DNA of 64,000 nucleotides from Somniosus microcephalus (lineage: Eukaryota), in contig CM126230.1 of the NCBI GenBank assembly GCA_052327205.1, positions 42,160,001 through 42,224,000 on the forward strand, given 5' to 3'. Made by a program: the position numbers and the translations under genes. Numbering within the stretch: position 1 is the first letter of the stretch; every line of letters begins with the position of its first letter. Under the pieces are notes generated by a model. That model saw nothing but the letters and a program-made list of their open reading frames with translations. It searched no databases and had not been told where the DNA came from. Shown one piece after another: positions 12,758 through 25,946 of the stretch.

Positions 12758-13079
12758 TTATAGCTGAATTTTCTCTGTAGTAATGTGAGGAGAGAAGTTT
12801 GTTCTTTCTCTTTCTTTCACGCCATTTTATTTTTACAACTGGTAACAATGTTTTCCTTCAAGGTCTTGAACGATCTTGAGCGTTACAATTTCTCTGTAGC
12901 TCTGTCACAGCTAAATATAGTTTTCTACCAGCTCCATCCTAGCAATGGAAAATACTGCCCCAGATCGCCACTATATTGACGACTTGCCTGAGCCCTTTCA
13001 CTCTGTGCCTCAATGTTAAAGTATCCTCAGTCAGTCTGGTAGAGATTCCGCTTTAACTGTGGGGCTTTGGGTAGATTGT

Positions 13080-13388
13080 GACGTAGACCAACTTTTTTGG
13101 TTGAAGGGCCCCCTTTTCAAATGTATTAGTAATCACAGTCCTCCCATCTAAATTATAATACTATATATTACTCATAGCTGCTTGTGAAGAGTGCTTTAAT
13201 AATGCTTTTGAGGAAATAGGTATTTACTTACAGGTATCAGTGAGATGGGTGTGCCTGCTTCTCACTGCAGAGTCTGTCTATCCGTAAGGCCGGCCCTGCT
13301 CGGTAAGCACTTTCACATTATTTTGCAGACCCCCGGAAAGTCTCTATGGACCCCCGGGGTCTGTGGACCCCCAGTTTGAGAAACGCTG
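13080..13388. mobile_element. hAT-like non-autonomous element fragment
   Basis: Terminus GGACCCCCAGTTTGAGAAACGCTG is typical of hAT/Charlie MITE ends. The other end is degenerate. Confidence 0.5.
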
Positions 13389-14241
13389 GCGCGGACAATC
13401 TCCAAGAGAATGACACAAAAACGCACCTTAGTGATGGCATGATGTAAATTCTGGTCAAACCAGTGGGGCACAAATCCATATATCTAAAATCGCCGTTAAA
13501 CCTCCATTCACTTGAAAAAAGATATTTACAAATGCGATGAATTAGAGCGCCAAACATTAACACACGCTAAGTCACAGGAGAGTGAATTTTGTTTTTAAAC
13601 TTGCCCATTTCGCAAAATGCTAAAAATGTTCTGTAAAATGGTTGTGCAATATTTTTTTTTAAGTGTGGAATCACAAACGAGCTGGATAGACTTCTGTGTC
13701 ACACATTTCCACTTCAGGGATATTATTATGTGTGGTTCTGAACAATAAAAGGGTGTGGATTTGGCAACTGCTTTCTCAGAACCCTGAACTACCCAATCTT
13801 TGTTGCAATGGGAGGAAGTTACAAACTGAGACTGGTAAATTGTAAAACACTTAATTTCTTCAACCATACGTTGCTGCTCTAAGAGCTCTCGGTTACAACT
13901 GTGGTGAAATACAAGTCACCTAAACTGGGTTACCATGACAACAAGTTCGAGTTTTGACCGGTCTTTTTTATCCATTGCGGACAACTCCCTTTGAAAGAAG
14001 GTAAAGCCATTTACTCCCTGTGAGGTCATGAAAACCTAATTGAAAGCAGAATACTTTACAAACCTTGAGATTATCCTGTCCAGTGCCTAAGTGACTTGTG
14101 CATCTGACAAGGCAATTCCAGGTTTCAGTATTCATAGAAATATATAAAAGAAACAGGCCATTGGGCCTGGCCAGGTTCTGTCCACACAACCTCCAGGCCA
14201 GCAGATAGCCCCTATCACATTTACCCGCCCTGTGCTCATAT

Positions 14242-14785
14242 TAACAACAACAATTAACTAGCATTTATATTGCGGCTTTAACATAGTAAAACATCCCAAG
14301 GCGCTTCACAGGAGTGATTATCAAACAAAATTTGACACCGAACCGCGTAAGGAGATATTAGGACAGATGACCAAAGCTTGGTCAAAGAGGTAGGTTTTAA
14401 GGAGCATCTTAAAGGAGGAGAAAGAGGTCGAGAGGCGGAGAGGTTTAGGGAGGGAATTCCAGAGCTTAGGGTCTAGCCAACTGAAGGCACGACCGCCAAA
14501 GGTGGAGCGAAGAAAATCGGGGATGTGTAAGAGGCCAGAATTGGAGGAACGCAGAGACCTTGGAGGGCTGGAGGGCTGGAAGAGGTAACAGAGATAGGGA
14601 GGGGTGAGGGATTTGAAAACAAGGATGAGAATTTTAAATCAAGAACATTGCCAGTCTGAGATCCAATATTTGTCAGCGAGCACAGAGGTGATGGGTGAAC
14701 GCGACTTGGCGCGAGTTAGGATACGGGCAGCAGAGTTTTGGGTGAGCTCAAGTTTATGGAGGGTGCAAGTTGGGAGGCTGGCCGG
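14242..14785 (-). mobile_element. L2-like LINE 3' fragment
   Basis: Reverse complement of the 12352 copy. Confidence 0.8.
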
Positions 14786-14789
14786 GAAT

Positions 14790-15565
14790 CATAGAATGGT
14801 TACAGCACGGAAGGAGGACATTCAGCCCGTCGAGCCTGTGCCGGCTCTCTGCAAGAGCACTTCAGCTAGTCCCATTCCCCCGCCCTTTCCCCGTAGCCCT
14901 GCAATTTTTTTTCTTTCAGGTACTTATCCAACTCCCTTTTGAAAGCCATGATTGAGTCTGCCTCCACCGCCCTTTCAAGCAGTGCATTCCAGATCTTAAC
15001 CACTCGCTGCGTAAAATGTTTTTTCTTAGGTCGCCTTTGGTTCTTTTACCAATCACCTTAAATCTGTGTCCTCTGGTTCATGATCCTTCTGCTAATGGGA
15101 ACAGTTTCCCTCTATCTACTCTGTCCAGCTACCTCATGATTTTGAACACCTCCATCAAATCTCCTCTCAATCTTCTCTGCTCCAAGGTGAACAACCCCAG
15201 CTTCTCCAGTCTATCAACTTAACTGAAGTTTCTCATTTCTGGAATCATTCTCGTAAATCTTTTCTGCACCCTCTCTAAGGCCTTCATATCTTTCCTAAAG
15301 TGCGGTGCCCAGAATTGAACACAATACTCCAGTTGAGGCCAAACCAGTGTTTTATACAGCTTCATCATAACTTCCACACTTTTGAACTCAATACCTCTAT
15401 TCATGAAGCCCAGAATCCCATAAGCTTTTTTAACTGCTTTCTCAACCTGCCCTGCCACATTCAACAATTTGTGCACACATACCCCCAGGTCTCTCTGTTC
15501 ATGCACCCGCTTTAGGATTGTACCCTTTAGTTTATATTTCCTCTCCTCATTATTTCTACCAAAAT
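14790..15565 (-). mobile_element. CR1 LINE 3' fragment
   Basis: ORF 15219-15593 encodes LEYCVQFWAPHFRKD. Confidence 0.85.
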
Positions 15566-17436
15566 ATCCTTTCCATTGTGTGGAACCCAACATTACACAC
15601 AGTGCTCCAACTGAGGTCTTATTATGGTTTTATATAGGCTCATCTTTGCTCTTTGGTGGTCTTTTGTGGTCATATGACTATGAACGTAAACTACACTTAA
15701 TACGGCATTAATGTATAAAGTCTGATATTCTGTTCTAACCAAGGGTCTACGCCCAACCTTATCTGTCCTTTCTCTTTACAAATGCTGAAGGAGTTGCTGT
15801 GTATTTCCAACATTTGCAGATTTCCTTAGATTACAGCGAAACCCAAGAATAGGGAATGGTGAATCTACACAGCAATTTCTGCTTCACACCAAGCTACGCC
15901 TGCAGTGTTAATCCAGAGTCAGGGTCCATCCTGACTCCAAAGCCAAGCAAGGGGATGGGAGGTAGTCTTACATCATTTGGGTTTGACACCACACGGAGTG
16001 TAAATCTGAGGTGGTTTCAAACCTGCTTTGTAAAGTGCTGAGGGGAGAGATTGTTGGTCTAGAGAGTGGGGATTCCTCCCTCCTCTCTCTATGTTAAGGA
16101 TACATTCACACTACAGCTGTAGGCAGTATGATGTGATTCGCTTCCATGCCCATGTGGCAGTTACAATGTGAATGCAGCTTTATTCCAGCATCAGGGTCCA
16201 ACCAGACTCCAGAGAGAATTCGAGTGACACATCCTGGAGGAGGTAATCTCACTCTACTTCACTTCAGTGTCCATTCGGGTCTTGACGTCTGAATTACACT
16301 GCACAAGGTTAGCACCTATGTCAAGCCAACACTGCTTCCGACTTGTGGTGTGAATGCACCATTCATTTCTAACCTTTGGGTGCCAGCTCTATCCGTGCCT
16401 GTATCTAGACTCACACAAAGCCCTCTCTAAAACAAGACAGTTATGGTTCCAGCAGGAACCAGCTGTGTAAACAGGGTTTGGCCTGGCTGGAAACTGAACT
16501 GCAACCACTGGTCTCAGAGTGGGGCTCAGATCGAACGCTGCAGTGTAAATGTATGCTGTGACTATCAAATGTATTGAATTAATCGAAATATTTTGCACCT
16601 TGAAGCAAAATGTATATCTCTCATCTGCTTATTTCCTACATTACAACAGTGACTACACTTCAAAAGTACTTCATTGGTTGTAAAGTGCTTTGGGACATCC
16701 TGAGGTCATGAAAGATGCTGGAGAAATGCAAGTTCTTTCATTCTTTCTTTTTATTTGCAAAAAGCACAGGGCCCATGTTTAGAAAGAAGTTAGAACTAAC
16801 CGCACAGTAAAATACCAAAGGTATGTAATCACAGTACAATATTGCCTTGAAACGCCTAGATGTTTAAGCATAAGGGATAATCAAAGGCAAACAAGATGCC
16901 TGGAGTGTTAAACAAATGCAAGCAAACATTGTGAAGTTTATTGGTATCCAATCACCATCAAGTGCACAAATAAATTCCTTGAGTGTGTTTGCTGTCAACC
17001 GGAGATGTGATGACACGCTGTTCACTCGATCCAAGACATCAGTGCAACAATACTCAGCAAAATCCAGTTTCACAATCCTGCCCAATTCCTTTTGATTCTG
17101 CATTGGGAGTTGCTCATTCCGAAAAAACACTTGAGCTCAACTTCATATTATTACGGGAACATCCCAAAACATCAAACTTATGGATGCTGGCTGTCCAGCT
17201 ATGTATTTCCAGCTTTTTATGTTTTTATTTTGCATTATTAATTATGATTTTCTGATCAGAAATTATGTTTTATGTGGTTATCTAATTTAATTTTTGGCCC
17301 TTTTATTTATGTCTTTATATCTGTAAAAAGGTTTGTGAGACCCGTTGCAAGGCAATCATCGCTTTGTGATTTGAGCATATTCAGGTGTGCCTACAGTGAA
17401 CTTCAGCAACTTCCTCCTGTGGGTTGTCCAGTTTGG

Positions 17437-19270
17437 AACATAAAAACATAAGAACATAAGAATTAGGAGCAGGAGTCTCCCATTCAATGAGATCATGGCT
17501 GATCTTCTGCCTCAACTCCATTCACCGGCCCTATCGCCATATCCCTTGATGCCCTTACTAGTCAGAAATCTATCGACTTCTGTTCTAAATATACCCAATG
17601 ACAGAGCCTCCACAGCCCTCTGGGGTAGAGAATTCCAAACATTCACCACCCATGTGTGAAGACATTTCTTCTCATCTCAGTCCTGAATGGCCTACCCTTT
17701 ATCTTGAGGCTGTGGCCCCTAGTTCTAGACACCCCAGCCAAGGGAAATATTCTCCCAGCATCCATCCTATCAAGCCCTGTCATAATTTTGTATGCTTTAT
17801 TGAGATCCCCTCTCATTCTTCTGAATTCAAGAGAATACAGGCCTAGTTTACTCAATCTCTTCTCATACGACAGTCCCGCCATCCCAGGAATCAATCTCGT
17901 GAATCTTCGTTGCACTCCCTCTATGGCAAGTATATCCTTCCTTAGGTAAGGAGACCAAAATTGTACACAGTACTCCAGGTGTGGTCTCACCAAGGCCCTA
18001 TATAATTGGAGTAAGACTTCTTTACTCATGTACTCAAATCCTCTTGTAATGAAGGCCAGCATACCATTTGCCTTCCTAATGGCTTGCTGCACCTGCACAT
18101 TCACTTTCAGTGACTCATGTACAAGGGCACCCAGGTCCCTTTGAGTATCTGCATTCCCCAATCTTTCACCATTTAGGAAATACTCTGCCTTTCTGTTTTT
18201 TCTACCAAAGTGGATAACTTCACGTGGGCCCAGAAATTCGGGTCGGGAGCTTCCCGCGGGTGCAAGCCCCCGACCTGCACTTACCTTGCGCGCCGGCCGT
18301 TGAGCTGTGCGCCCCCGTGGAATTCCGATCCGGGGCCTGGTCCAGCTGCTGGTGCGCAGTGCTTGCGTATCCCAGGGGCGCAGTTAGTTCGATGCGTCCC
18401 CTGGGATCACGTGGGCCATGGGGAGCCAATCGGAGCAGGGAATGCTCCATTCATAAGTCTGACAGGAAGAGCTGTCAAGACTTATAAATACTACGGCCCC
18501 AAAAAGCACGAAATCTTCAAATAAATTTTTAAAAAACATCACATTTTTTAAATAAACTATAGATTACATGAAATAACTATTTTAAACAATAATTTACATT
18601 TTTGAAAAAAATAATTTTATTTTCTAACAGGGCTAAAAATAAACTTACCTTTCTTTAAAGTATTTAAAAATAATAAACCTGTGGAAAAAATGTTTTAATT
18701 TTAATTAATTCACCACTTACCTTGTAAAAAGCAGGCCTTACACCTGCTTTTTAAAAGTGTAACTTCTGCAGGCTTACCCTCCCGGAGAAACCTGTAAAGA
18801 AAACAAAGTTCGATGCACACGCACAGCCTTTCCCGCACACACGTTCAACCTCTGAACCCCTGCTTTCAGGGGAACAGAAGTGCCGGTTTCCCACGCATGC
18901 GCAGTGCATGCAGGAAACCGGCACTTCCATTGGGCCTACGGGTGAGTACCCTGTGCGTACTCACCCGTGGAGACCCGAATTTCTGGGCCTACATTTATCC
19001 ACATTATATTCCATCTGCCATGTTCTCGCCCACTCACTGAGCCTGTCGAGATTCCCTTGAAGCCTCTTCACATCCTCTTCGCAACTGACACTGCCACCTA
19101 GCTTTGTATCATCAGTAAATTTGGAAATGTTACATTTAGTCCCCTCATCCAAATCATTGATATAGATTGTGAATAGCTGGGGCCCAAGCACCGATCCTTG
19201 CGGTACCCCACTAGTCACAGCCTGCCATCCTGAAAAAGACCCGTTTATCCCTACTCTTTGTTTTCTGCCT
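17437..19270 (-). mobile_element. CR1 LINE fragment (RT to 3' end) interrupted by a MITE
   Basis: SGVPQGSVLGPQLFTIYIND...KFTDDTKL and the C-terminal ORF 17643-18161. Confidence 0.9.
18226..18990. mobile_element. MITE (765 bp) inserted into a CR1 LINE
   Basis: 18-bp TIR GGCCCAGAAATTCGGGTC / GACCCGAATTTCTGGGCC, flanked by ACGT/ACAT (probable 4-bp TSD). CR1 sequence resumes precisely on each side. Confidence 0.85.
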
Positions 19271-19439
19271 GTTAACTTTTCTGCCTGAAAAGTTCAGACT
19301 AATTGTTCAACACTGGGAACTTTGGTTTAACCCCATAATTGCCAGGCTGGCACGCAAATCAGACAACTTTAGTGCTATTGACCCGAATCTCAGAACTATA
19401 AGAATCAAAGTTCTTTGCCAGCCCAATAACTTTTAAACT

Positions 19440-20580
19440 TACAAAGAACTTACAGCGCAGAAACAGGCCATTTGGTCCAACAGGTTTATGCTCCACACAA
19501 GCCTCCTCCCACCTTAGTTCATCTCACCCCATCAACATATCCTTTCTCTTTCATGTACCTATCCAGCTTCCCCTTAAATGTATCTATGCTGCTTGCCTCA
19601 ACCACTCCCTGTGGTAGCGAGTTCCACATCCTCGCCATCTTCTGGGTAAAGACGTTGGAGTGAAAGAGAGAGAAAGAATTTGCATTTATATAGCGCCTTT
19701 CGTGACCTCTTTTCACTTTTGCTCAGTTTTGCTATTTCAAAAGTTTGCATGACAGTGGATTTCAGACAACCCATTGTCAGCCAAATAATCCCGAGGTCAA
19801 CATACAGCAGATAGTTCTACAATACAACTTTTAAAACCATTTAAGTTTACACCACAGAAGGAGGCCATTTGGTTCATTGTTGGCTTTTTGCTTAAGCAAT
19901 CCAAAACTCATTGCACTGCCCTGCGCTCTCCTCATAACCCTGTATCTTCCTCTCCTTCGAACAGTACTCCAATTCTCTCTTTAAAGATGCAATGGTCTGT
20001 GCCTCAACCACTCCTTGTAACAAAGCACTCCACAAGAAACTAAGAATTAGGAGCAGGAGTCGGCCATACGGCCCCTCGAGCCTGTGCCAACATTCGATAA
20101 CATTATAGCTCAACTTGGACCTCAACTCCACTTTCCCGCCCAATCCCCATCTCCCTTGATTCGCTTAATGTCCAAAAGTCTGTTGATCTCTGTCTTGATT
20201 ATACTCAATGACTGAGCCTCCACAGCCCTCTGGAGTAGAGAATTTCAAAGATTCACAACCCTCTGAGTGAAGAAATGTCTCCTCATGTCGGTCCTAAATG
20301 GCAGATCCCTTATCCTGAGACTATGCCCACTGGTTCTAGACTCTCCAACCAAGTGAAACAACCTCTCAGCATCTACCCTGTCAAGTCCTCTCAGAATCTT
20401 ATACATTTCAATGAGATCACCTCTCATTCTTCTAAACTCCAGAGAGTATCGGCCCATTCTACTCAATCTCTCCTCATAGGACAACCCTTTCATCCCAGGA
20501 ATCAATCTAGTGAACCGTCAATGTACCTCCTCTAAGGCAAGTATATCCTTCCTTAGGTAAGGAGACCAAAATGGCACACA
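19440..20580 (-). mobile_element. Cluster of CR1 3' fragments (about 19440-19650, 19855-20030, 20037-20580)
   Basis: WNSLPQGVVEA and LEFRRMRGDLIE motifs, CR1 tails. Confidence 0.75.
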
Positions 20581-21479
20581 GTTTTCAGGCTCCAAAAATC
20601 CTCTGGGTGAAGAAATGAACATTACAAACATTTTCTGTGACCAGGCCAGCCTTCTGGGCTTTTATTAAGGCGTTGAGTTATAAACAATATTATTCTTCAG
20701 TTCTGAGTCATACCAACGTTCTTGAAACAACCTCAGCCTAAATGACTTTGCGTCAATCACTCCTGCATAAGGGCAGCACATTCACTCACTCATGTCCCCC
20801 TGATGGAAAGAGTATTCTATTTAACAGCTGCCAGTACAAATAATTATTTCATGTGATGTTGATACAATACTTCATTTAGAATAAGTTGTTCGACAATCAA
20901 TAGCATATGAGCAGCACATTAAAAGTAATGACAAACGTGAATTAAAAATGATGATTGCAAAAGTGACTAATCCAACGTGTTCTCCCTTGGAAACTCAGCA
21001 TTGGTGCAACTTTCAACTGATGAAGTCACTTCTCAACCTGAATTACAGATCAGACCTTCTAAAGTACAGAACCTGGGTATTCTTCAGGTAGTTTTTGTAG
21101 ATTTGATTTCATTTGACAGCCCATGAAGCAATCAATTAGCTAAATAGAGCAAAGTTTGAATTGTTTTGAGAGGACGAGAATATTTTCCCCAGGGTGTCAT
21201 GGAGCTACAGATAAGTGGAAAATCGAATCAGTTTAGGTGTGTTCACTCTCAATCCCTTTCCTCCTAACCCCGAGGGACTTACACCCAATCTACCAGGTTG
21301 AGAAATGATGGTAGAACACGGAATGCCCAGCCAGACACTGCAATGAAAGCAGAATCCAATATAGTTTTTGAAAGAGGAAGGGGTAACTCTTCGAAAGTAT
21401 TTTCTTTTACCGCTATTGAGAAAGGGCATGAGAATGGAATGAGGTGTGTCGCTCTTTCAGAGGGTGAGCACATGTCGGA

Positions 21480-21902
21480 TGGGCTAAACCTTTATAAATC
21501 ATTGGTTAGGCCCCAGCTGGCATATTGTGTCCAATTCTGGACACCGCACTTTAGGAAAGATGTCAAGACCTTAGAGAGGGTGCAGAGCAGATTTAGTAGA
21601 ATGGTACCAGGGATGAAAGGTTTCAGTTATGTGGCGAGACTGGAGAATCTGGGATTGCTCTCCTTGGAGCAGAGAAGGTTAAAGGGAGATTTGATAGAGG
21701 TGTTCAAAATCATGAAGGGTTTTGATAGAGTAAATAAGGAGAAACTGCTTCCAGTGGCAGAAGGGTCGGTAACCAGAGGACACAGATTTAAGATAATTGG
21801 CAAAAGGACCAGAGACGACATGAGGAAAGAAAAATGTACACACCGAGTTGTTAGGATCTGGAATGCATTGCCTGAAAGGGTGGTGGAAGCAGATTCAATA
21901 AT
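21480..21902 (+). mobile_element. CR1 LINE fragment
   Basis: LYKSLVRPQLAYCVQFWTPHFRKD...WNALPERVVEADSI. Confidence 0.85.
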
Positions 21903-22660
21903 GGCCTAGATTTTACGGCATGGTAATGATGGTGAAACTGTCAGCGCTCGCCATCGTTATTCCTCTGAAAGTGACAGCAACTTCTGGAGTCAGCGAATGC
22001 ACAGATAAATGCGGGAATCCAGATGTTGCTGTCAGTGATTCTACGCTTCTCCACAGGTTGCGCTGTGGAACTCCCCAGAGCCAGCAATCAATTCAAATCA
22101 CACTGAAACGTAGTTCCTGATGAAAACTTCCCCTATTATGCTGGAATATCGCCATTAAACCACCCCACCTCCTCCAACCCCCGCCCCCGAAAAGGTTAAT
22201 CCTTGTTGAAAGAGGTGTGATTGGGTTTTAATGGTGTATTGACTGCTAAACAACTGTTCTGGCCCTGAAAAACCAGTTTTATATTTGTGGAATGTCAAAT
22301 TTTCCATTAATATGATACGAATTACATGGCTTTTAATTTCATATTTTTCTTTTTTTTAAGTTTATTTATGATATTTCAGCTTCTACCTTAATCCTACATG
22401 TATGTCCCAATCTTTATTTCGCTCTCTCTAAAATTTATTAAAAGTAATTTATAATCTGTGCATTTTACTTCCTGGTTTGCTGTCTGTGAGAATTCTTCAA
22501 TGTGATTGGCTGCTTAGCCTGCTTGATGACATCACTGTTACTGGACGCTGGAGATTCACTTGATTTTGACACCAGGTTCAAACTAACGTCGGGAGAGCTG
22601 AAATTCACGCCACGGAGATCGCTAGATCTTTGCGGGAAACACCCTGCGGAAATTCTCTCA
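21903..22660. mobile_element. Probable non-autonomous DNA transposon (GGCCTAGATTTT-type end), degenerate
   Basis: Left end resembles the other MITE termini and truncates a CR1 fragment. AT-rich core. Right end uncertain. Confidence 0.4.
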
Positions 22661-23719
22661 TGTGCCTATTGTCCGAAAAACATTTAAAAACCTCAACTGT
22701 GAACCAACAGAGCCAGTTCCCTAGAGTCCATTATCTGGGCGCTTGCTGTTTCACTAGCCTTTAGTGATTTGTGAATATTACGAACCTTACTGTCTACTCA
22801 AAGTCCTGTTTTTTCTGGAGTTCTGTGCAATAAAACGACGAGACTCCACATCATCCATCAGAGGGTTTTCTTACGAGTTGAAAGCGTGTCTAAAGTGTGT
22901 GCGTGCTAAGTAACTTATAAGCCTGAACACTGTTTTGAGGGAAAGGAAGTCAGCCTTTACCTGGCTGGGACTGTGTGCTTTTAACACGAAAACAAACCGT
23001 GTACATCTATCTATTGTGATAAAACCCTTAGGAAATGCTGGGATGAGAATGGGCAATCAGCTCCTCCCCGTCTCGCCATGGCCAGCTAATAACTGAAGTA
23101 GCTGAATATCCTGATTTATTTTTTGACTCTTTACTTGCTCACTTTACTATTCCAAACTTTTCGGGTAAAGCAATTGTTTCCCCCTTGGTACCTGTTCTAA
23201 ATATATTTTTCATCGCTTTCCATTTACAGCCTTTTCGCTTAATAAATGGCATGTCAATATTAAAGTAGATTGTTTAAGTAATCTGCCTGCTGTAACTAAA
23301 CACAGAAATGAGTTAGGTTGGGCTGCAATGGTAATGTAAGAGATTGCTTGGTGTGAATTTCCTCGAGTATTTATTATGCTTCAAAAGTCAAACTTGCGCA
23401 GTCTAAGAATGGAAATGATAAGCGGCTGGTGCAGCCCTTGTCAAAGCACAATGTGGTTTACCTGGGTCAAAGAGGAGAGTGTCCTTTAGATAAACTGTGA
23501 ACATGTCTCTTGAATGTTTTTACTCCGGTATTAGCTGATGACAGTCAACGGTGGCGTTAAATGCCTTGTGTGTTGATGCTGGAGCCGAACAGCCGGACGT
23601 GTGCAAGCTACTGACGTTTTTGTAATAAAAATTAATGCATGCTTAATTAACCCTTTGCTACCCCTTTAAAGAAAATGAACTACTAGGTGTTTTTTTGTGG
23701 GGCGGGAGGGGGGTGGGGG

Positions 23720-24075
23720 GGAGAGACCAAGAGGAGACCTGACAGAGGTCTTTATAATTATGAAGGGGTGGATGAGCAGAAATTATTTCCACTTGTGGAT
23801 GAGTCCAGAACAAGGGGACATAAATATAAGATGGTCACTAACAGGTCAAATAAGGAATTTCGGATGAAATTCTTTACAGGGAGAGTGGTGAGAATGTGGA
23901 ACTCGCTGCCACAGGGAGTGCTTGAAGCAGATGATGCAGTTAAGGGGGAGACTTGATACATACACAAAGGAGAAGGGAATGGAGGAGTACTGGGAGCGGA
24001 TAGTGTGGAAGAGGCTGGTGCGGAGTATAACACCGGCATTGAGCACTTGGATCGGATGGCCTGTTTCTGTGTTAT
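23720..24075 (+). mobile_element. Diverged CR1 3' fragment
   Basis: SRTRGHKYK...VVRMWNSLPQGV. Confidence 0.7.
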
Positions 24076-24468
24076 GAATCCTAGGTTATGTTCTAAATGT
24101 ATGCCAAGAATGCCACAGTTCTGATTTCAGGCACAGATTTTTAAGAAGCTTGGACCTGCTGTCTCTTTTTTTTAACTTTAGGTTGTGAGGGATCATTCGT
24201 TCTTTCGAATTGATTTTAAATCAATGTTGATTTTGTCCTTGGTTTCTTTACAAGAGTATATTAGATTGTCTGCGTACAGTTCAACAAATCTATACCTAAA
24301 GTACCAACCGTACATTTTAATGTCATAAATATATCTTGCGTGAAAACGACCGGTGCGGTCAGAAAAGAGGTGCATATACTGGAAATCCCAAGAGTACAGT
24401 AACTCTCATTAGGAGATGAATCGGTTGAAGTGAGATTGCAATGGATGGGACAGGCATGTAATAATGTA

Positions 24469-25040
24469 CACACAGACAGACAACACAGACCAGACAACAC
24501 AGACAGACAACACAGACAGACAGCACAAACAGACAGCACAGACAGACAACACAGACAGACAACACAAATAGACAACACAGACCAGACAACACAAATAGAC
24601 AACACAGACCAGACAACAGACGGACAACACAGACAGACAGCACAAACAGACAACACAGACCAGACAACACAGACCAGACAACACAGGCCAGGCAACACAG
24701 ACAGACAACACAAATAGACAACACAGACAGACAGCACAGACAACACAGACCAGACAACACAGACCAGGCAACACAGACCAGACAACACAGACAGACAGCA
24801 CAGACAACACAGACCAGACAACACAGACCAGACAACACAGACAGACAGCACAGACAACATAGACCAGACAACACAGACCAGACAACACAGACCAGACAAC
24901 ACAGACCAGACAACACAAATAGACAACACAGACCAGACAACACAGACCAGACAACACAGACCAGACAACACAGACAGACAACACAGACAGACAACACAGA
25001 CCAGACAACACAGACCAGACAACACAGACAGACAACACAG
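24469..25040. repeat. Low-complexity satellite (ACACAGACCAGACA / ACACAGACAGACA units), resuming at 25947-26030
   Basis: Directly visible 13-14 bp tandem units. Confidence 0.95.
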
Positions 25041-25946
25041 AGCAAGTTATTATCTTAATGGCAAGAAACTGGAAAGTACTGAAGTACAAAGGGATCTGGG
25101 GGTCCTGGTGCACGAAACTCAAAAGGTTAGTATGCAGGTGCAGCAAGTGATTAAGAAGGCCAATGGAATGTTGGCTTTCATTGCTAGGGGGATAGAATAT
25201 AAAAATAGGGAGGTATCGCTTCAGTTGTACAAGGTATTGGTGAGACCGCACCTAGAATACTGTGTACAGTTTTGGTGTCCATACTTAAGAAAGGACATAC
25301 TTGCTCTCGAGTCAGTACAAAGAAGGTTCACTCGGTTAATCCCGGGGATGAGGGGATGGACATGTGAGGAGAGGTTGAGTAGATTGGGACTCTACTCATT
25401 GGAGTTCAGAAGAATGAGAGGCGATCTTATTGAAACATATAAGATTGTGAAGGGGTTGGATCGGGTGGATGCGGGGAAGATGTTCCCGATGATGGGTGAA
25501 ACTAGAACTAGGGGGCATAGTCTTAGAATAAGGGGCTGCTCTTTCAAAACTGAGATGAGGAGGAACTACTTCACTCAGAGGGTGGTAGGTCCATGGAATA
25601 TGCTGCCCCAAAAAGCTGTAGAAGCTACATCATTACATAAATTTAAAACAGAAATAGACAGTTTCCTAGAAGTAAAGGAAATTAAGGGTTATGGGGAGCA
25701 GGCAGGAATTTGGACATGAGTCTAGGTTCGGATCGGTCATGGCCCTGTGGGTAGCGGAGCGGGCCCAGGGGCCGTGTAGCCTGATCCTGCTCCTATTTCG
25801 TGTGTCTAATTCTGTTAGATTCAGGAGATGGTTCTGTGATAGTGGATTGGCGGTTAGGATCAGATCAGCCATGATCTTATTGAATGGCGGAGCAGGCTCG
25901 AGGGGCCGATTGGCCTACTCCTGCTCCTATTTCTTATGTTCTTATG
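25041..25946 (+). mobile_element. Young CR1 3' fragment inserted in a satellite
   Basis: Uninterrupted 203-aa C-terminal ORF2 (25108-25719), TTATGTTC tail, AACACAG on both sides (likely TSD). Confidence 0.9.

Noticed and set aside
15901-15980. Box C/D snoRNA on the minus strand (ATGATGT...CTGA)
   Set aside because: Box C is imperfect and not retained in the other copies. Kept only as an unexplained hairpin family.
21298-21909. 203-aa ORF as a novel gene
   Set aside because: The C-terminal two thirds is CR1 ORF2, and the N-terminus is chance read-through from a TTG start.
24261-25251. Long Cys/Val/Leu-rich ORFs (228-280 aa)
   Set aside because: Artefacts of a stop-free satellite that is open in all three minus frames.
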